A DNA stretch of 64,000 nt from the human T2T-CHM13v2.0 reference genome, Homo sapiens: the NCBI RefSeq assembly GCF_009914755.1, contig NC_060931.1; one strand, 5' to 3'. Of this stretch, positions 57,915-64,000 are shown in pieces (position 1 is the stretch's first letter; each line of letters starts with the position of its first letter). Under the pieces are notes generated by a model. That model was not told where the DNA came from, searched no databases, and worked only from the letters and a program-made list of their open reading frames with translations. The position numbers were made by a program, and so were the translations under genes.

Positions 57915-60374
57915 GTTTGAAGTCAGGTAATTTTATGCCTCCAGCTTTTTCTTTTTGCTTAGGATTCCTTTGGCTATTTGGGCTCTTTTTTGGTTCCATA
58001 TGAATTTTAGAATAGTTTTTTTTCTAATTCTGTGAAAAATGACAGTAGTTTGATGGGAATAGCATTAAATCTGTAGATTGCTTTGGGGACCATTTTAACA
58101 ATATTAATTCTTCCAATCCGTGAGCATGGAATATTTTTCCATTTGTTTATGTCATCTATGATTTTTTTTTCATCAGTGTTTTGTAGTTCTCCTTGTAGAG
58201 ATCTTTCACTTCCTTGTTTTGATGTATTCCCAGATATATTTTTGTGTGGCTATTGCAGATGAGATTGTATTCTTGATTTGGCTCTCTGTTTGAATGTTAT
58301 TGGTGTATAGAAATGCTGCTGGGATTTGTATATTAATTTTTTATCCTGAAACTACTGAAGTCATTTATCAGTTCCAAGCGCGTTTTGGTGGAGTCTTTAG
58401 GGTTTTCTGGGTATTAGAATTACATTGTCAGCAAAAAATGGTAGTTGACTTCTTTTTTCCTATTTGGATGCTTTTTATTTCTTGTCCTGTCTGATTTCTC
58501 TGGCTAGGGTTTCCAGTACTACGTTGGATGGGAATGGTGAGATTGGGCATTCTTGTCTGTTCTAGTTCTCAAGGGAAACACTTCCAGCTTTTGCCCATTC
58601 TGTATGATGTTGGCTGAGGATTTGACATTAATGACTCTTATTATTTCAACATATGTTCCTTTGATGAGTAATTTGATGAAATTCTTATCACAAAGACATG
58701 TTGGATTTTATCAAAGGCTTTTTGCATGTCTATTGAGATAATCATACAGTTTTTGTTTTTAGTTCTGTATATGTGGTGAATCACATTTTCCGTGTCTACT
58801 GAGATGACCATGTGGTTTTTGTTTTTAAATTGCTTTTAATTATGTTTGTGTGGTAAATCACATTTATTGATTTGCCTATGTTGAACCAACCTTGCATCCC
58901 AGGAATGAAGCCTACTGGATTATGGTGAATTAACTTTTTGATGTGCTGCTGGATTCAGTTTCCTAGTATTTTGTTGAGGATTTTTACATCTGTGTTCATC
59001 AGGGATATTGGCCTGTAGTTTTCTTTTTTCATTGTATCTCTGCAGGTCTTGGTATGAGGGTGATGCTGGCTTTGTAAAATGAGTTAGAGAGGAGTCTCTC
59101 CTCCTTGATTTTTTTTTGGAATATAGTTTCAGCAGAATTGTTAGCATCTCTTCTTTGTATATCTAATAGAATTTGGCTGTGAATCCATCTGGCCTGGGGC
59201 TTTTTTTGGTTGGTAGATGTTTTATTACTGATTCAATTTTGGAACTAAATACAGGTCTGTTCAGGGCTTTAATTTCTTCCTGATTCAATTTGGGGCGGGG
59301 GAGGTTCATGTTTCCAGGAATTGAACCATTTATTCGAGATTTTCTAGTTTGTGTGTATAGAGGTGTTCATAATAGTCTCTGAGGATCTATTGTATTTCTG
59401 TGGGATTGGTTGTAATGTCACCTTTGTCATTTCTGATTTTGCTTATCTGGATCTTCTGTCTTTGTTAATTCGGTGTCGATTGATCTTGTTTATTTTTTCA
59501 AAAAACCAGCTTTGGTTTTATTGATTCTTTATATGGATTTTTGTGTCTTAATTTGGTTCAGTTCTGCTCTAATTTTGGTTATTTCTTTTCTTCTGCCAGC
59601 TTTGGAGTTAGTTTCTTCTTGTTTTTCTAGTTCCTCTAGGTGTGACGTTAGATTGTTAAGTTGAGAGCTTTCTTTTTGAGATAGGCATTTAGCATCAAAG
59701 TGAAGTTTTAAAGTCTCACATGAAGTATCTATTTCCACCTTTTCAGGTAAAATGGAGCACAAGTAGTCCATTTCCAAATAATATGGCTTACTGTTTCTCT
59801 GAGAGTTTAGCTTGCAGTAGACTCAGAGATAAATTCTAAGGTTACAAGACAGCAATGACCTGGTTATTACACAGCTTTTACATTTCCAGAGTATGGTTTC
59901 CCATTCAAAGGTACAGCTAAGTGGCAATGTCTCAGTAGTGCAATGCATTTGTTTTCTCTAAATTGTGTTCATTACCGTCATTCTGGGATAGGATATACAG
60001 TTTTACTATGAGGTTTTTTTGTTTTTTTTTTTTTTTTTTTTTGAGGTAGGCTAGGTTCAAAAGATAAACTCCCAGGATTAGATAAACTGTAAGTTCCTCA
60101 GTCCCCTTCTTGGGTGTAAGAAGTAAAAAAAAAAAATCCTCTCTTTTGTTATTCTTTTCAACAAAGTAATTTAATTTGACTTCATAAACTTTTTCCTCAT
60201 CTGCCATAACCACTTTCAAAAGTGATATATTCCCACAAATTAGCTAAAATGTAGGCACAATTTTACTTTAGAAATTATAGGTCTTTTCCTCTAATAAGTT
60301 GATCTCTTCCTTATAAAAACAATTTAAATGAGGGGACAACACCTGCCAATAAAATAGAACAGCCCCCACCCCCA

Positions 60375-60451
60375 ACACACACAAACACAGAGGGAGAGAG
60401 AGAGATGAAAGAGAGAGAGAGGATAGAGAGACAGAGAGAGACAGAGAGAGA
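60375..60451. repeat. (CA)n/(GA)n low-complexity tract
   Basis: GAGAGAGAGAGA...GACAGAGAGAG. Confidence 0.88.
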
Positions 60452-60840
60452 TATTGATTCAGGAGGCAATGGAGAACCTAGAAAGATTAGATTAGATGAT
60501 GCATTTTGACAAGAAAGGAAGAATGAATCCCTGAATGGAGATACAAGATTCTGGGGAAATTACTCAACCTCTGTCATTGCTAGACCAATTTGTCCTTCTT
60601 CAGAGAATGAGAGATTCACATTAATAATCATAATTACCACAGTCATAATTTACAGATTATGACTGTGGTTCTTCCAGAAGACACACAGAGTTTGCTTTTC
60701 CCTTTACCCAATGGCAAGTGGTGCACCTGCATGCCAGGTGGCAGCAGCACCTATTACTATGAAGGGGTGTGATGCTGATATCACTTCTGCTAACTGCTAT
60801 CATGGTGTAACAAATGACATACTTCTGTGGCTTGAAAAGG

Positions 60841-61327
60841 TGTGTTAGTCAGGATTTTCCAGAAAAATAGCACCAATAGCGTGTGTATATAGATAGAAAG
60901 AGATTTACTTTAAGAAAGTTGTCCATGAGATTATGAAGGCTGGCAAGTCCAAAAATCTGCAGAGTGGGCCAGTAGGCTGGAGATCCATCAAAGAGTCAAA
61001 GCTGCAGTTCAATCCAAAGAATTTTTGGTTGGGGACTCAGGGAAGAGCCAGTGCTGCAGCTCAAGCCTGAAAGCAGTCTATTGCAGTGTTTCCTCTTGCT
61101 CAGGAGAGGTACGTCTTTTGTTCTACTCGGGCATTCAGATGATTAGATGAGGCCCACCTGCATCATGGAGGACAATCTACTTTATACAAAGATCATCTAT
61201 TAAATGTTAATCTCATCCAAAAACGTCCTTACAAAAAATTAATAATGTTTAACGACATGTCTTAGGCACTGTAGCCTGGACACATATAAATTAACCATTT
61301 ATATCAATATATAAATTAACTATCACA
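60841..61327 (-). mobile_element. MLT2 (MLT2C-like) ERVL solo LTR
   Basis: TGTGTTAGTCAGGATTTTCCAG...GATTAGATGAGGCCCACC...AAATTAACTATCACA. Confidence 0.85.
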
Positions 61328-61384
61328 GGAGATTTAAAGCTTTTTCTTTTGGGCTCTGATCTAAATTCTTGGAAGAAGAAATTT

Positions 61385-61490
61385 AATTCTTTGATGTAAA
61401 AAGGAACTGTTAAAAGGGTTGGAAACTCTGCACCTGTGTATATATATTTTTTAGCAATAAAGCAGCATGGGCTGAGAATGCAACAAAAAA
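61385..61490 (+). pseudogene. Probable processed-pseudogene fragment (mRNA 3' end)
   Basis: AATAAA at 61456, 21 nt to a CA, then a short A-tail; imperfect flanking repeats AAGAAGAAATTT/AAAGGGAAATTT. Confidence 0.5.
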
Positions 61491-61629
61491 GGGAAATTTT
61501 TATTTAGATGGCTATAAAAATAATGTTAATGCTACCTACGTGTCTAGGTTTAGATCACTTAGCCCAATAGCAGCAAGCATGTATGAGTTATTTCCAACCC
61601 ATTAATAAATAATCATATCTATCATCCCC

Positions 61630-61820
61630 AAGTACCTACTATATGTCAGGCCCTGCACTGAGTGTTTTATACGATAAGCCTACACAGTAGATAATATTAT
61701 CTTCATTTCATAGATGAGTAAGCAGTTTTAAAATAATTGATTGACCTGATTAAGAGTCAGTTAAGTGGCAAAGATGAGAGTTAAAGTCAACTCTTCTATC
61801 ATTAAATCTCGTACTTTCAT
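61630..61820 (-). mobile_element. MIR relic
   Basis: AGTACCTACTATATGTCAGGC...ATTATCTTCATTTCATAGATGAG...TAAGTGGCAAAG. Confidence 0.65.
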
Positions 61821-62624
61821 ACAATATTACTCTACCTTCCATGTAGCATGAACATTATCTGGAAACTCATATTCCTTTCTTTGTCTAGGCAATCCACAAG
61901 CTGGCCTTAATACCGCAACTAAAGAAAGAGCAAGAACATCAAATATTTTTATTACAACTTAAAATTAATTAATATGAACAATGGAAATTAAAATGTTTAA
62001 AATGTTCCAAGAACCTAGTTATTATGCAACAGTCTTTAATTGGTAGCTGAAAATAGGATATATTTTAGCATTCTCAGATGGTTTTTATCTAATATGAATA
62101 ACATCACTGCCAACGTTCCTTGAATAATTGTGTATATTCTACATAAGTAGTTGCAGCAAAGGTGTTGTCAGAACAGCAAAATGACTCTCCCTCATGTCGG
62201 AAGAAGTATATCTAATTTAAACCTCCATGTAGGCCTGTCAGTCTGCTGTCTGGCTGAAATTCTATTAAAGCCAATGCTCTCTATCTGTGCCTCAGCCTTC
62301 GGTGGCAAGGAGCATGTGACAGTTCTCAAGGAACAGAATCTGAGTAGTCCTATAATTTATTTGTTCATTTCATCCGTTTATGAAAGGTAACAAGAGCACT
62401 AGTCATTTGGGAAAAGATTTACAAAATATAATTAAATGTGATCACTGCTTTCCTATCCCAATGTGCTGATGCAGTAGATAACATCCAGATCAAAGTTACT
62501 GTTTCCTATCTGCCTTAAAGTCTTCAGTCACACATCAGGGAAGAGGAGACTTTAGTTGAATATGAAAAGTGAGCCTACATTCTACAACAAAGGGCATATT
62601 CTTGTATTATCCATTGATTCTAAC

Positions 62625-63509
62625 TGGTAGGTGGAAAAGGCACTCCTGGTTACCAACCCTGCAGTTTTTTCCCCTCCCCTGCTGGTTGAGTCCCCATCTT
62701 CCATTGTAAGTCAGGTATAAAACTCTATTGGCCTAAGTGAATCACGCTAATCCCATTATCTTTTTCACTGATAGGTTTAGGGAGGGAAATATGACCCAGT
62801 CCTGGCTCCTGAAATGTAAAAAGTCAGCTGAGGGACTTTAGGTGAAGGGTTTCCTGTTCTACATAAAAGACCCAGAAGAAGAGATGCTCCCTTCTTTTTC
62901 CACTGAATCTCATCATGTCTCCGTGAATGAGATGTTTGGAGCAGTGATAATCACCTAGTGACCATGGAGAAAAAGCTTCCTTAAGTAATTGGCACAGTGT
63001 TAATGTTAGAGAAAAGAGGTTCTGAGTTATTGATATATAAATGACCAATTGAATAAATGGGCTCTAAAACTGCCCTTACTGTCTCATGTTTGAGATAAAA
63101 ATGTTTTCTTGACCGGGCACAATGGCTCACTCCTGTAATCCCAGCATTTTTGGAGACCAAGGCAGGTGGATTGCTTGAGTTCAGGAGTTCAAGACAGACT
63201 GGGAAACATGGTGAAAACTCATCTCTAAAAAACAAAAAAATACAAAAAAATAGCCAGGCATAATGGCATATGCCTGTAGTCCCAGCTACTCAGGAGGCTG
63301 AGGTGGGAGGATGGCTTGAGCCTGAGAGGTCGACGCTGCAGTTAGCTGTGATGATGCTACTGCACTCCAGCCTGGGTTACAGAGTGAGACCATGCGTCAA
63401 AAACAAAAGAAAAACAAAACAACAAACCAAAAAAAAGTTTTCTAGTTTCTTAACATATTGAGTCAAAGTTTTTCTGTAACTTTGGGTTAAATGCCTCTTT
63501 ACTGATACA
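62625..63509 (+). mobile_element. Old MLT1 (J/K-like) LTR split by AluJ
   Basis: ATTGGCCTAAG...GGTTTAGGGAGGGAAATATGACCCAGTCCTGGC...; ends ACTGATACA. Confidence 0.6.
63111..63436 (+). mobile_element. AluJ SINE
   Basis: GGATTGCTTGAGTTCAGGAG and GGAGGATGGCTTGAGCC J motifs; TSD core GTTTTCT. Confidence 0.9.
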
Positions 63510-63782
63510 ATTAACCCTTTAGAATTCCACCTGGTGGCTGTATCCTTTTTCTCTGAAGGACACACGATTTATTTACTTGGTTTTCCTACCAGTGACCTTA
63601 CCCTTCAATATTAGTGAGTCATGCACGGAGTCTCTCATTTCCAAAGAAGCACTGGTTGTGGAGGATGTGTTACAGGAAAGGCAAGTTTGTGCCACACTGT
63701 GGGATTGCTGCCCAAGAGTGCTATGGGGTGTGTGCAGAATACCAGCCACTACTACCAGTTCTCCTTGCAATGCACACATATG

Positions 63783-63807
63783 CACACACACACACACACA
63801 CACACAC
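63783..63807. repeat. (CA)n microsatellite
   Basis: Perfect CA run. Confidence 0.95.
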
Positions 63808-64000
63808 TGATAGGGAGGGAAGTATATCTTCAAAGTACCTAAATGCTTTGGTCAGTTGGACTACATGGCTAATAACATTCACAATCCTGTATGTATTGAA
63901 GGTGGAATTGGTGGTAGTCATTAATAGGACCACAAAAAAATACAATATGCCCAGAATACCACTTTTATTGAGACAGAGACTGGGGTGGAAGGCCTGGATT

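Noticed and set aside
60730-60746. CTCF-like ATGCCAGGTGGCAGC
   Set aside because: Lacks the conserved CC at the start of the core

Overview
Human (hominid) genomic DNA, AT-rich and dominated by transposable elements. I see no recognisable cellular protein-coding gene; the short ORFs in the track are mostly Alu, L1 or simple-repeat translations. The main feature is a full-length, TSD-flanked L1PA2 on the minus strand (19476-25548). It has intact ORF1 and antisense ORF0, but its ORF2 is disabled by three lesions (RT FADD>FADN, a +1 frameshift and a nonsense codon) while the endonuclease residues are retained. Other elements: an internally deleted L1PA7, a twin-primed L1PB nested in an L1MC, a ~4-kb L1PA16-like element with nested inserts, about 11 Alus, MaLR/ERVL solo LTRs, Tigger3b, MER5, MIR/L2/L3 relics, a 3'-truncated U2 retrocopy and a probable mRNA 3'-end retrocopy. 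There is also a good CTCF motif with an upstream module, and a few candidate + strand exons. I found no convincing new biological system. The best leads are a candidate L1 antisense-promoter/ORF0 fusion transcript, an apparent old L1 3' transduction whose target site was re-used by an Alu, and several template-switch scars. Repeat subfamily names come from remembered consensus sequences, and boundaries of old elements are approximate.
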